A DNA stretch of 64,000 nucleotides from a virus, in the IMG/VR virus record IMGVR_UViG_3300036944_000508, positions 6,896-70,895 of that record; one strand, 5' to 3'. The notes under the pieces are model-generated. The model had not been told where the DNA came from, did not search any database, and saw only the letters and a program-made list of their open reading frames with translations. The position numbers and the translations under genes were made by a program. Positions 1 through 8,771 of this stretch are shown piece by piece. The stretch's first letter is position 1. Every line of letters starts with the position of its first letter.

Positions 1-516
1 TTGAAGCATGTTTCCATGTATACCACTGTGATGTTCCAAATCTTTCAGTCCAGGGTTCTTTAGATTGGGTTTTCCAGCACCATACTTAGCAGATATACCA
101 TGGAATCCACCCTTGTGTGACATAATAAGATCTGCATTTGCATTTAGATCCTTGACTCCAGTGGTTTTCTCATGATCACCTGCCTTCTTAAGTGTATCAG
201 CATTGGATGTCCAGTGCACATTGGTAATCTTGTGTGGAAATGACTTCTTAAATTCCTCCGCAGATTGCTTCGCATGACGTTCGATCTCAGCATATGCAGC
301 AGGAGGCATACGCTCCTTCAGTTTGTCATGCACCTGTTCAGCAGTACCACTGTGCAATGGATTCTTGGAATAACTACGATGATGTTCAGGTAGTGTTCCC
401 TTTGGATGAAGATGCTTCGCTAGTAACAGTTCGAACATCTTACCCTTGTCATCATTCTTGACACTTTTGGTTTCTGCGACTTCAGTTATATACTGATTAA
501 AACTCTTTATGGACAT
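1..516 (-). CDS. Partial (runs off the window) PD-(D/E)XK nuclease-like protein with N-terminal capsid-targeting-like motif
   Basis: Not in the ORF track. Manual translation from ATG at 516: MSIKSFNQYITE...KGKMFELLL...NADLIM...HGISAKY. GGAG RBS upstream. E...AD...ISAK fits a restriction-endonuclease-like fold. Confidence 0.55.
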   Translation of the reverse strand, partial: MSIKSFNQYITEVAETKSVKNDDKGKMFELLLAKHLHPKGTLPEHHRSYSKNPLHSGTAEQVHDKLKERMPPAAYAEIERHAKQSAEEFKKSFPHKITNVHWTSNADTLKKAGDHEKTTGVKDLNANADLIMSHKGGFHGISAKYGAGKPNLKNPGLKDLEHHSGIHGNMLQ

Positions 517-557
517 GTGATTTACTCCGGAACAATTTGTTACCATTTATTAATACC

Positions 558-586
558 AATATACTATAAAATAGCGAAAAAGTCAA
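558..586 (-). promoter_or_regulatory. sigma70-type promoter
   Basis: TTGACT-N17-TATATT on the minus strand. Confidence 0.5.
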
Positions 587-1858
587 TTATTTTTTGAGAA
601 TGAATCCAATTTTATTTCCACCAGGATTGGCAGCATTAGAATGGTATTCAAAGATGAAATTGCTGTCCTTGAATCCCTTGAGATCATACTTCAGCGTAGT
701 TGCTGACAGATTGACATACAATTGTTCGATGTTATTAGCACGCACGATGTCAGTCAGAAAGTCAGTATTCTTTTTGGTTGCATTCACCTCAGTAACCAAT
801 GCATATGCCATGGGAGATAGGATGGTGCCATTTCTCTTGCTGGTCGGAATTTTCCATATCTTTTCAAAAGATGTCAGTGGTACTGTTCGACCGATCTTGT
901 CATAGAATTCCTTGGTCAGCAGCGTATGTGCCTCCTTTGGATCCTTGTATTGCTTCAACCATTTCTCGATGTCATCCGCAGTATACATCAGTGGTTTACC
1001 GATGAGTTTACCAACCATCGTATACAGTGGTGAGTTCATTGCCTTTGCTGCCTTGACAATGCCTTCAGTGCCAGAGTTGTTGACGACTGCACCGATGAAG
1101 TCATGCACCTTCTTGTCATTGACATCAGTGAATGTTCTGCTGCCTATCATGTTCCATACAGATGAGATTGATGGTGCAGCACCACCACCTGACTTTGCAG
1201 AAACACCGATTTTCAGTTTATTGCTATACACACCATAGTAGTCAACCAGTGGTTCATTACTGCGTGCTGGGAACTCAATTGATGTCACATCACTGTCATA
1301 GTTGTTCAGGAACCACCATCCACCTGATACCTCACCGAAGTCCTTGGCAATGATAGCGAGATCTTTCGCCGATATATCCTTGGTGGCAGTATTGAGTACC
1401 GAGTTGGTGGTCTTACTCTTCTCAAGAAATACCTTGAGGAATTCTTTGATGTGTGGAGCGACCAATGTGCAAGCATCAATGGCAGCATTTGCTGTCTTGA
1501 GGTAGTCTCGCTTGGTAATAGTTTTACCCCCGAGACCTAGTCCATCAGGAGATAGCGACTTGTTGGCAATTGTTTTGACATTGGTAGGATCAGTTGTGCT
1601 TCTGATTCCTGGTTTCTGCATCATGTCAAACTTGATGCGTGCCTTGTATTTCTTACCTGCTACCTCATAATCTATAACAGGTTTGGAATCATATGCATCA
1701 GCAGATAGGTATGTAATCTTTTGACCTTTTGGTAGATTACCAGTTACCTTGGTTTGACTGATCAGATCATAGGTGTCCGCAGCATCCTTGACAAAGGTGT
1801 CAACATCACCATTGCCCTTGAAATACTTTTCCCATGCTGCTTTACCTGTAGTACCCAT
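587..1858 (-). CDS. PD-(D/E)XK restriction-endonuclease-like protein
   Basis: 423 aa; KDFGE...NEPLVDY...IGVSAK pattern. Confidence 0.5.
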   Translation of the reverse strand: MGTTGKAAWEKYFKGNGDVDTFVKDAADTYDLISQTKVTGNLPKGQKITYLSADAYDSKPVIDYEVAGKKYKARIKFDMMQKPGIRSTTDPTNVKTIANKSLSPDGLGLGGKTITKRDYLKTANAAIDACTLVAPHIKEFLKVFLEKSKTTNSVLNTATKDISAKDLAIIAKDFGEVSGGWWFLNNYDSDVTSIEFPARSNEPLVDYYGVYSNKLKIGVSAKSGGGAAPSISSVWNMIGSRTFTDVNDKKVHDFIGAVVNNSGTEGIVKAAKAMNSPLYTMVGKLIGKPLMYTADDIEKWLKQYKDPKEAHTLLTKEFYDKIGRTVPLTSFEKIWKIPTSKRNGTILSPMAYALVTEVNATKKNTDFLTDIVRANNIEQLYVNLSATTLKYDLKGFKDSNFIFEYHSNAANPGGNKIGFILKK

Positions 1859-1887
1859 GCCAGTCCCTTTGTTTGGGACTATTTATT
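1859..1887 (-). promoter_or_regulatory. T4-type late promoter overlapping an RBS-sequestering hairpin
   Basis: Minus strand AATAAATAGTCCC-AAACAAA-GGGACT-GGC-ATG. Confidence 0.55.
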
Positions 1888-1893
1888 CAGACT

Positions 1894-2883
1894 TCAGTGC
1901 CTTCTCAACAATGCAGGATCGAACATGTTTTGCCACTGATCAATCACAACACCACGATGTTGTATGAGTGCTTGCATTAATCCATCCCAATCAACGAATT
2001 CTAGTCTATTCACAATGAGTTGTTGGACTTCCTCAGATGGCACAGCATAATCAGGTGCGAGTATGCACACCAGCATCTTCAGTCGCATCATCATGGTGTA
2101 TGCATCAGCAAAGTCAGATGTCAGATGACCAGCAGCAACCAACTCGTCTATTGCCAGTGTGAGTTGTGGGTTGATGCCAATCTGTGTTTCCAACTGCAAT
2201 GTGTGAATGATGAATATCATGTCCATCAATCCACCAGACAACAATTTCACATCTAACACACCTTCTGCTGCGCTACGCTGGACAGCAACATCCTCGCGTC
2301 TTAATGCTATACGATAGCGTAGATTCTCAGCATTACGTTGTGCGAGCAAAATGTCACGGATGACGGTATCAACATGTGTTCTTGCATCTGATGAACCAAA
2401 TACTACACGGGATCGACCATATTGCGCAGTAATCGCGACGCACGCAATTTCTCGATAATATTGATCAAAACCTTCCACCGATGTGCAGAATCTATCGTTT
2501 GCATCCCATGGTTGAAATCCAATTACAGTTTCATACACCGCATCCAGAGCAGCAATTACCTGTTTTCCCAACTGATTGAAGTATTGCGTTGCGACCAGAC
2601 TTTGTGGTCCATCAGACTCTGCTAGAGGATTACCCATAAACAGTGGAACAATGTCCAAGTCTGACTCATGTGCCATCGCCTGACCGCCCAGACTACCCAG
2701 CGCAACAATAACTAACTCACAACCTGCAATCTTACCATGTGTCTGTTCAAATTCAGTAACCGCAGCAGTTGTCAGTGTCACTAGTGTTTCCTCCGCCAAA
2801 TGTGCGTAGGATTGTGCGATTTTTAGGACATCGATGTTGCCTTCGATCAACTGTTCCCTCAGGGAAATCTGTTGATCATTCAT
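1894..2883 (-). CDS. glnE: GlnE-like glutamine synthetase adenylyltransferase, single C-terminal-type domain
   Basis: LVIVALGSLGG..AHESDLD nucleotidyltransferase motif, ESDG..L.ATQYFN segment and DVKL..GGL.D..F motif typical of GlnE. Confidence 0.8.
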   Translation of the reverse strand: MNDQQISLREQLIEGNIDVLKIAQSYAHLAEETLVTLTTAAVTEFEQTHGKIAGCELVIVALGSLGGQAMAHESDLDIVPLFMGNPLAESDGPQSLVATQYFNQLGKQVIAALDAVYETVIGFQPWDANDRFCTSVEGFDQYYREIACVAITAQYGRSRVVFGSSDARTHVDTVIRDILLAQRNAENLRYRIALRREDVAVQRSAAEGVLDVKLLSGGLMDMIFIIHTLQLETQIGINPQLTLAIDELVAAGHLTSDFADAYTMMMRLKMLVCILAPDYAVPSEEVQQLIVNRLEFVDWDGLMQALIQHRGVVIDQWQNMFDPALLRRH

Positions 2884-3061
2884 TCTTTAGTGCCTTCTCT
2901 GCTATATTTGCACAGGTGTATCCATGACCATGACCATGCGAGTGTCCGAACTTCTCGATCTTTCTCAGTGCATCCTCGTAGACCTGCAGTCTATTAAGAC
3001 GTTCGGTCAGTTGCTTTGCCTGCGTCTCATTCATGTCAATCAAAAGTGATACTCCACCCAA
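2876..3061 (-). CDS. hypothetical protein
   Basis: Short ORF translationally coupled to the GlnE-like gene. Confidence 0.5.
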   Translation of the reverse strand: MGGVSLLIDMNETQAKQLTERLNRLQVYEDALRKIEKFGHSHGHGHGYTCANIAEKALKNE

Positions 3062-3352
3062 TAGTGTGCTGTTTTGCCACTAGACCATGTTACCTTGCTG
3101 CCTCGATATCGCTTATACGGAATCAGAGGTGATTCAGTTGGTAGCGGGAGTTTCTTCCACTCTTTCTCAGACATTATTTTACTCCGAACAGTTTGTCAAG
3201 CGCAGACTGCTTGTATTGATTTGCCATGTGGTAATTCAGTGCATCACCTAGATTTTCAGCGTAGTCATCTAGGACGACAACATCTGCAGATTTACCTCGG
3301 AGGTGGTGCGAATTCTGCTTCCAATCCACCCATGGATCATCATAGTGTCCCA

Positions 3353-3640
3353 TCAGATGCTCTGACTATCACGGTTTTCGTTCATGCGCTTGATGTCAGC
3401 AGCACGTTGCTTCTTGAGTTCTTCAGCAGTAGCAACTGCATTCTTCTGCGTGTCATACTCAACCAGTTCAGCACTGGTCATGTTGGACTGTAGATCTGCA
3501 ATGATAGACTGGAATCGCTGAATCTCATTGCTTAGAGGAAAATACCGAGTGGCAGATTCTAAGCGAGTTTCAGCGAGACGCAGACTATCAAACTTGGTAA
3601 AAGTTTCAGCGGTCTTGGAATTCTTCAAAATATCAATCAT
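3353..3640 (-). CDS. hypothetical early protein
   Basis: ORF with AAGGAA RBS directly behind a consensus promoter. Confidence 0.65.
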   Translation of the reverse strand: MIDILKNSKTAETFTKFDSLRLAETRLESATRYFPLSNEIQRFQSIIADLQSNMTSAELVEYDTQKNAVATAEELKKQRAADIKRMNENRDSQSI

Positions 3641-3669
3641 AATCAGTTCCTTTTCAATCTTAGAGTTAC

Positions 3670-3698
3670 ATTATACCTGATATTCATTCAAATGTCAA
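3670..3698 (-). promoter_or_regulatory. sigma70-type early promoter
   Basis: TTGACA-N17-TATAAT, perfect consensus. Confidence 0.85.
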
Positions 3699-4240
3699 GC
3701 TTTATTCTTCAACCACTCTAGAATGTTCTGTGGTGATGTTTCACCATATGGATCATCCTCTGCATCATCAGTCATTCCTGGTTCGATAAACCACTGTTCA
3801 ATGCGACCATTGTCAACGATGACTGCATACCGCCATGAACGGTTGCCAAATCCAAGATTGTCTTTGCTTACCAGCATGCCCATCTTCTCAGTGAAGGCAC
3901 CAGAACCATCAGGAATGACCTTGACATTCTCCACATTCTGATCCTTCGCCCAGCAGTTCATTACGAATGCGTCGTTGACTGAGATACAGTAGATCTCATC
4001 AATACCTTCATCATAAAACTCTAGATGCAGTTTCTCGAAGTCAGGCAGTTGGTAGGTTGAGCAGGTGGGTGTGAATGCACCTGGAAGTGAGAACAGGACT
4101 ACTCGCTTATTTGCAAAGTAATCGAAACTAGTCCGTTCCTGCCAACGATAGGGATTTGGACCCTCAATGGAGTCATCGCGAACGCGAGTCTTAAATACGA
4201 CATTGGGAACAATGTCAGGTTGCACTTTCCAATTTTCCAT
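3695..4240 (-). CDS. Peroxiredoxin (Prx5-type)
   Basis: FSLPGAFTPTCS active site, SVNDAFVM and RSWRYA motifs; likely start MENWK after GAGGAG. Confidence 0.92.
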   Translation of the reverse strand: MENWKVQPDIVPNVVFKTRVRDDSIEGPNPYRWQERTSFDYFANKRVVLFSLPGAFTPTCSTYQLPDFEKLHLEFYDEGIDEIYCISVNDAFVMNCWAKDQNVENVKVIPDGSGAFTEKMGMLVSKDNLGFGNRSWRYAVIVDNGRIEQWFIEPGMTDDAEDDPYGETSPQNILEWLKNKA

Positions 4241-4410
4241 GTTATTACTCCTCAATTAGTGGGATTGTTGTTGCTTTCGTTTCCCAGATTTCTTCGCCAT
4301 CTCTCATACAAATGAAAGACTTTTCTTCAATCTTCATGATAATACCACCATCTTGACGATGATAGTAGCGTCGCTCTTCAACGCGAATCAAATTCAATTT
4401 CTCAGACATA

Positions 4411-4797
4411 TTACTTCCTCTTCCTTTGTTGTTCAATGAAATCTTTGTTGCCAACCCATGTGTATGCCTTGTAGCGCATGGAATTGTCTGCTTGGTCCAT
4501 CTGCTTGGTGAACACGAAATGTCCATCTTCCATCATCTTTTGGGCCAATTTCATTGCCATATCTTTTTTGATCGCCAATTCCATATCATCGGGAGAAGAT
4601 CCTGACCCCATCAAAAAATCAAGATCATGCTTTATGGTATAATCCAGCAGTTCTCCAGGTAGATCATAATTATATTTGATTGTGCCAGCAGTGATGGTAC
4701 TGTTAGGAATGCTATTGACTGGAATGGCAATGCTATCCCAGTTTGTCGGTTTGAACGTTGTTGTTCCTGTAGTTGGAGGTCCATTATAAATTGCCAT
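4411..4797 (-). CDS. hypothetical protein
   Basis: 128 aa ORF in a tightly packed operon. Confidence 0.6.
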   Translation of the reverse strand: MAIYNGPPTTGTTTFKPTNWDSIAIPVNSIPNSTITAGTIKYNYDLPGELLDYTIKHDLDFLMGSGSSPDDMELAIKKDMAMKLAQKMMEDGHFVFTKQMDQADNSMRYKAYTWVGNKDFIEQQRKRK

Positions 4798-5126
4798 TAC
4801 TCTTCAACCCATACAATCTGATGTGATGCCACCACTCGCTCAACGATATTACCTTCGTCATCCTCGAGTTTCACAGCAACACCTGTTGAGTCGGGGCGAG
4901 AGGCAAAGTAATGCACAAAGTATATCTTACCCGCATCTTCCCAATTATCACTGTCAATTCTGCATCGCATGTTCTTCCTCCGTATCTACAATGTGTAATA
5001 GGTTTGGTTCTGATGATGCAAAGAACGCACGATTAAACTGCTGGTTAATTGCACTGTAATCATCAGACTTTTGTCTGACTACAAACGAAGATCGAGACTG
5101 ATTAGTCCAACGGCGAAGTTCGTATC

Positions 5127-5330
5127 TCATACACCGAGATCTTCTTCAAGGCGATTCAGAATCCACTCATCTGGATCACCTGTCCGTGCCTTGGCAACAC
5201 CATATGGCATGTCAGGAGCATAGTATGCAAATAACTTGTCATAATAACCAACATTAAAAATGTCAGCATCACCACAAACCAGAGAAATTGCTACATTACG
5301 TGGAACAATATCAAATACACTATGAATCAT
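5127..5330 (-). CDS. hypothetical protein
   Basis: Small ORF; MPYGVAKARTGDP motif recalled from phage hypotheticals. Confidence 0.6.
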   Translation of the reverse strand: MIHSVFDIVPRNVAISLVCGDADIFNVGYYDKLFAYYAPDMPYGVAKARTGDPDEWILNRLEEDLGV

Positions 5331-5332
5331 AA

Positions 5333-5881
5333 TCAGTTTCCTTCAGTTTTCGCGACTTGTTCATCTTGCCACAGGTAGATACTGTCAAAGATATTTTCTT
5401 GCATCATGTCAAAATACTCATCACCATCTTCGTCAAGATCTGCCAGTTCAGTGATGCGTTGTTCAGTCAATCTGACAAGATCATCATAATCAATGCAATC
5501 ACTTCGTTCACCGAGATTAGTGTAGATATGGTATCCAGTAAAATTGGCACCATCATCTTCATATGTCACTGTGATGGTGGCATCTTCATCAATCGCCAGA
5601 ATCTGTTGCGATACCCAATCTGTGAATTTAATAGGGAAATCCCACGCAGATACTAAGACCAGCGTGTTGTCATAAACCTCTTCAACATAACACCACTTGG
5701 TGCCGATGTTAACAGTAGTCCACTCGTATGTGATTTCATCAGGAATATTTTCCATCAAATTCCACACCATCTTGTGGTCTTCATCACTCATTGCATCAAC
5801 AGTAGTTATCCACTTTTCAACGAGGACTTGTGCTGCTTCATTACACTGAATTTCAACACGAGATGTAACATGATTTGCCAT
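5333..5881 (-). CDS. Acidic hypothetical protein, DUF1281/YubB ferredoxin-like
   Basis: MANHV start, W...NIGTKW and SAW motifs. Confidence 0.5.
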   Translation of the reverse strand: MANHVTSRVEIQCNEAAQVLVEKWITTVDAMSDEDHKMVWNLMENIPDEITYEWTTVNIGTKWCYVEEVYDNTLVLVSAWDFPIKFTDWVSQQILAIDEDATITVTYEDDGANFTGYHIYTNLGERSDCIDYDDLVRLTEQRITELADLDEDGDEYFDMMQENIFDSIYLWQDEQVAKTEGN

Positions 5882-6064
5882 AACAGAATTCCTTTATTAA
5901 CGAGTAGAAGATGGTTCATTGATAAGAGCGGTGGCACCCAACGCAAAAATACCGAGACCGACAATCGCTTGAATTGTGGTATGGAGAAAACCTGAATATT
6001 CAGGAATAAGAATGAGAACAAGCAAACCAACGAACGTCAAAAAATATGGCATTTCAATTCCTTT

Positions 6065-6111
6065 CAAACTATAATTCCACTATACCTCGAAATGTGATAA
6101 AAGTCAAGCCC
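6065..6111. repeat. 47 bp direct repeat, copy 1, containing an early promoter (TTGACT-N17-TATAGT, minus strand)
   Basis: Identical to 6840..6886. Confidence 0.9.
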
Positions 6112-6828
6112 CTAAATTCTATTTCTTGCTATATTGAAATATTCCAAGTCTTTTTCAATACCAATGAAATTTCTTTCAAGATTCTTGCATGCAAGCCCAG
6201 TCGTGCCGCTACCCATGCAATTGTCTAACACGGTGTCCCCGATAGAAGAATACGTGTTAATCATATACTCCATCAAAGCCAGCGGTTTTTGTGTTGGGTG
6301 TAAATTTGATGTAAGAATGTCTCGTTGAAACTTTAATACTTGCGTGGGATATCTAAACCCTGTATCTTTGTATTCTGTTACTTTTTTTGCCCCAGTGTCA
6401 ATCAATGAACCAAGAGTCCCATTTTTTACTTTGTTTGATCGTTTTGGGCCGGTGTGAATTATCATCTGAGGATTATAAGTCGGTTGTTTTTTATAGAAAA
6501 CAACTACCTCCTCGACTGTTTTACCAGCTCTTTTTTTAACCTGAGATACATTCGTTAATCGCTCTTTTTCCCAATACCAGCAATATTTAAACATTGCAGG
6601 GTTACTCATTATTAGAGCACTTGTAAAAGGTTGACATGCTGTCAGTACAATTGCTGCATTTTCTTTGCATATGCGATTATACTGTTCCCAAAGTTTTTCA
6701 AAAAGAATAACTTGATCCCACTTGCATGCTGTTGTGCCATAAGGCAAGTCGCACAAAACCATATCAATCGAATCATCGGGAATTGATAGCATCAAGTCTA
6801 AGCAATCGCCATGTCTTAAATCTATCAT
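6112..6828 (-). CDS. DNA N4-cytosine/N6-adenine methyltransferase (beta class)
   Basis: DLPY catalytic motif, HPTQKP, DNCMGSGTT SAM-binding motif. Confidence 0.92.
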   Translation of the reverse strand: MIDLRHGDCLDLMLSIPDDSIDMVLCDLPYGTTACKWDQVILFEKLWEQYNRICKENAAIVLTACQPFTSALIMSNPAMFKYCWYWEKERLTNVSQVKKRAGKTVEEVVVFYKKQPTYNPQMIIHTGPKRSNKVKNGTLGSLIDTGAKKVTEYKDTGFRYPTQVLKFQRDILTSNLHPTQKPLALMEYMINTYSSIGDTVLDNCMGSGTTGLACKNLERNFIGIEKDLEYFNIARNRI

Positions 6829-6839
6829 AACAATTCCTC

Positions 6840-6886
6840 CAAACTATAATTCCACTATACCTCGAAATGTGATAAAAGTCAAGCCC
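6840..6886. repeat. 47 bp direct repeat, copy 2, containing an early promoter
   Basis: Identical to 6065..6111. Confidence 0.9.
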
Positions 6887-7451
6887 TAATCGTCCAATCG
6901 CTCGTCCATCCACGATCTAAAAATTTATCTATTCTGCGCGATGATAACTCTTGTTTGTGTGCAGGATTCTTCACGAGTTTCTTCTGCTTAATGCAGTCAT
7001 ACTGCGCACGAGAGATAAACAACTGCTGCGTTGCCATGTCAAAGTATGGCATGCAATGGATGAAGTCGAACGTCTCGCGATGTGCCTTGCATGTGCGAGT
7101 GATAACCTGCAGTTTATTCTTGAACGTTATTGCATTGGCAGTAACCAACTTGCCTTGCACCTTTACTTCTGCCATGTACCCAGGAGTCGCATCTTTGACT
7201 ACATTCAGAGTCGGAGTATCACTCATTACAAATGATTCGAACCGATCAGCAGTATAAACATCCTTGAGATACACATCCCAGTCGTTTGTGATTGCACCAT
7301 TGAATAACGATGCAAAACACCCACCAGTCAGAATGGAATCCTTAAAATATGGATAGGTGTCGACAGGCAGATCGGATAAGAGTTCGCGAAACTTACTCTT
7401 TACCATATCTCTGACCAACATAATGTTAGTACGTTCGTCATCATCAAACAT
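6879..7451 (-). CDS. Pol-beta superfamily nucleotidyltransferase-like protein
   Basis: LTGGCFAS...NDWDVY...FDF motif pattern as in class II NTase head domains. Confidence 0.6.
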   Translation of the reverse strand: MFDDDERTNIMLVRDMVKSKFRELLSDLPVDTYPYFKDSILTGGCFASLFNGAITNDWDVYLKDVYTADRFESFVMSDTPTLNVVKDATPGYMAEVKVQGKLVTANAITFKNKLQVITRTCKAHRETFDFIHCMPYFDMATQQLFISRAQYDCIKQKKLVKNPAHKQELSSRRIDKFLDRGWTSDWTIRA

Positions 7452-7456
7452 TTAGT

Positions 7457-7660
7457 TTAACCCCAGTGAGATCCTACAGTTTGCAATGCAGTGCGTAATG
7501 CATCATAATGTTCGGCAAGAATGCGACGGACTTCATCACGTTCCTTTGGTGACGCACCACGAGCATCAACATAGATGTTGCCAGTCAGTCCCATCTCACC
7601 TGCTTCTTCTTGCATGTCGTTGAGCATTTCATTGGTCAAAAGTTGTGTATTAATTATCAT
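7457..7660 (-). CDS. hypothetical protein
   Basis: Coupled small ORF. Confidence 0.55.
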   Translation of the reverse strand: MIINTQLLTNEMLNDMQEEAGEMGLTGNIYVDARGASPKERDEVRRILAEHYDALRTALQTVGSHWG

Positions 7661-7865
7661 TATTCAGTTCCTTCAGTTTTTTTACTATTTCAATTGCATC
7701 AATAAGTTTGACTGTTACCGACAACATGGTGCCGCCAGCGAACCACACAAGAAACACAATCTCGCCGATGTGCTCGCCTGTAATGAAAAACTTGGCAGCA
7801 GCATACAGTATTGCGAATAGGAATCCTCGTATCGCATTCTCTACTAGAAATTTAGTAATCAGCAT
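7650..7865 (-). CDS. small membrane protein
   Basis: Two hydrophobic segments. Confidence 0.55.
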   Translation of the reverse strand: MLITKFLVENAIRGFLFAILYAAAKFFITGEHIGEIVFLVWFAGGTMLSVTVKLIDAIEIVKKLKELNNDN

Positions 7866-8473
7866 GTTGCATACCTCAATGATATTCCTAATTTCTCACC
7901 GTTCATGGTAGATGTGCAATGTATTCGTTTATTGTTAAAAATTAGCATACTTCCTGGTTCAAAAAGATATGCAGTACCTGATAAATCTGACAATCCAGAT
8001 TTTGGATAATGCGATAGATATTGATTATAAAATTTATCATCTATTTGCTTGCCCGTTTTATTTGTTATAGGGTATTCGTGCGGGTAACCTTTAACACCTG
8101 TGTTTATTTTAAAATACCTTACAGGATGCTGCATGCACCAAGTAACACTATCTTGTTCCCACTCTTGATCAAATATAATTAAACTCGCCTGTTCACCAGT
8201 ATACATTAATGGTATTACAACATTAATAGTATTGTCCTGATATTTTTTATAATCAGTGTGCGGTAAGTATGGAGTAGAGTGTTTATAGAAATTTCCACTC
8301 GCATAAACTAGCGATTTGCCTAATGCTTGCTCGATAATTGGAGTAAACAATTTAAGACTGCTGCCAGGATCAACTTTGTTCATGGTAACAGTATCATAAG
8401 AGTCTCTACTATTATAATCATTAATAGCAAGATCGATTAACTCTGGTGTGATGACATTCTCAAACATTAGCAT
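7859..8473 (-). CDS. 2OG-Fe(II) oxygenase-like protein
   Basis: PHTD (HxD), distal IHC and a terminal R. Confidence 0.55.
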   Translation of the reverse strand: MLMFENVITPELIDLAINDYNSRDSYDTVTMNKVDPGSSLKLFTPIIEQALGKSLVYASGNFYKHSTPYLPHTDYKKYQDNTINVVIPLMYTGEQASLIIFDQEWEQDSVTWCMQHPVRYFKINTGVKGYPHEYPITNKTGKQIDDKFYNQYLSHYPKSGLSDLSGTAYLFEPGSMLIFNNKRIHCTSTMNGEKLGISLRYATC

Positions 8474-8736
8474 GTTGCGTACTTTGGTTCATAACTGTCA
8501 CCTGTCAGTTGATTGTGGAATTTGTGGACATGCTTGCACTTACCATGAAATGAGAATCCAGGACAGTCACATTTCCACCCGCGATCGGTGAGTTCACTGT
8601 GATAATCCTTACCATTACAGTTGGTGTATGTCCACACAAAACCTGTGTAAAATGATTTTTTGTAATTGTATCCTGGAATCTTCAGGACTTTGTCCCACTT
8701 GGAACGGCGAACTTTTGGGTTTCTTCTATCAGTCAT
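8467..8736 (-). CDS. SWIM zinc-finger protein
   Basis: CDCPGFSFHGKCKH. Confidence 0.75.
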   Translation of the reverse strand: MTDRRNPKVRRSKWDKVLKIPGYNYKKSFYTGFVWTYTNCNGKDYHSELTDRGWKCDCPGFSFHGKCKHVHKFHNQLTGDSYEPKYATC

Positions 8737-8742
8737 GTTCCC

Positions 8743-8771
8743 ATAATACTATATTATGAGATAAATGTCAA
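8743..8771 (-). promoter_or_regulatory. sigma70-type early promoter
   Basis: TTGACA-N17-TATTAT; the -35 box overlaps the upstream stop codon. Confidence 0.7.

Noticed and set aside
587-6828. Cognate type II restriction-modification pair
   Set aside because: The MTase is over 4 kb away in its own repeat-bounded cassette; nothing links it to the nucleases
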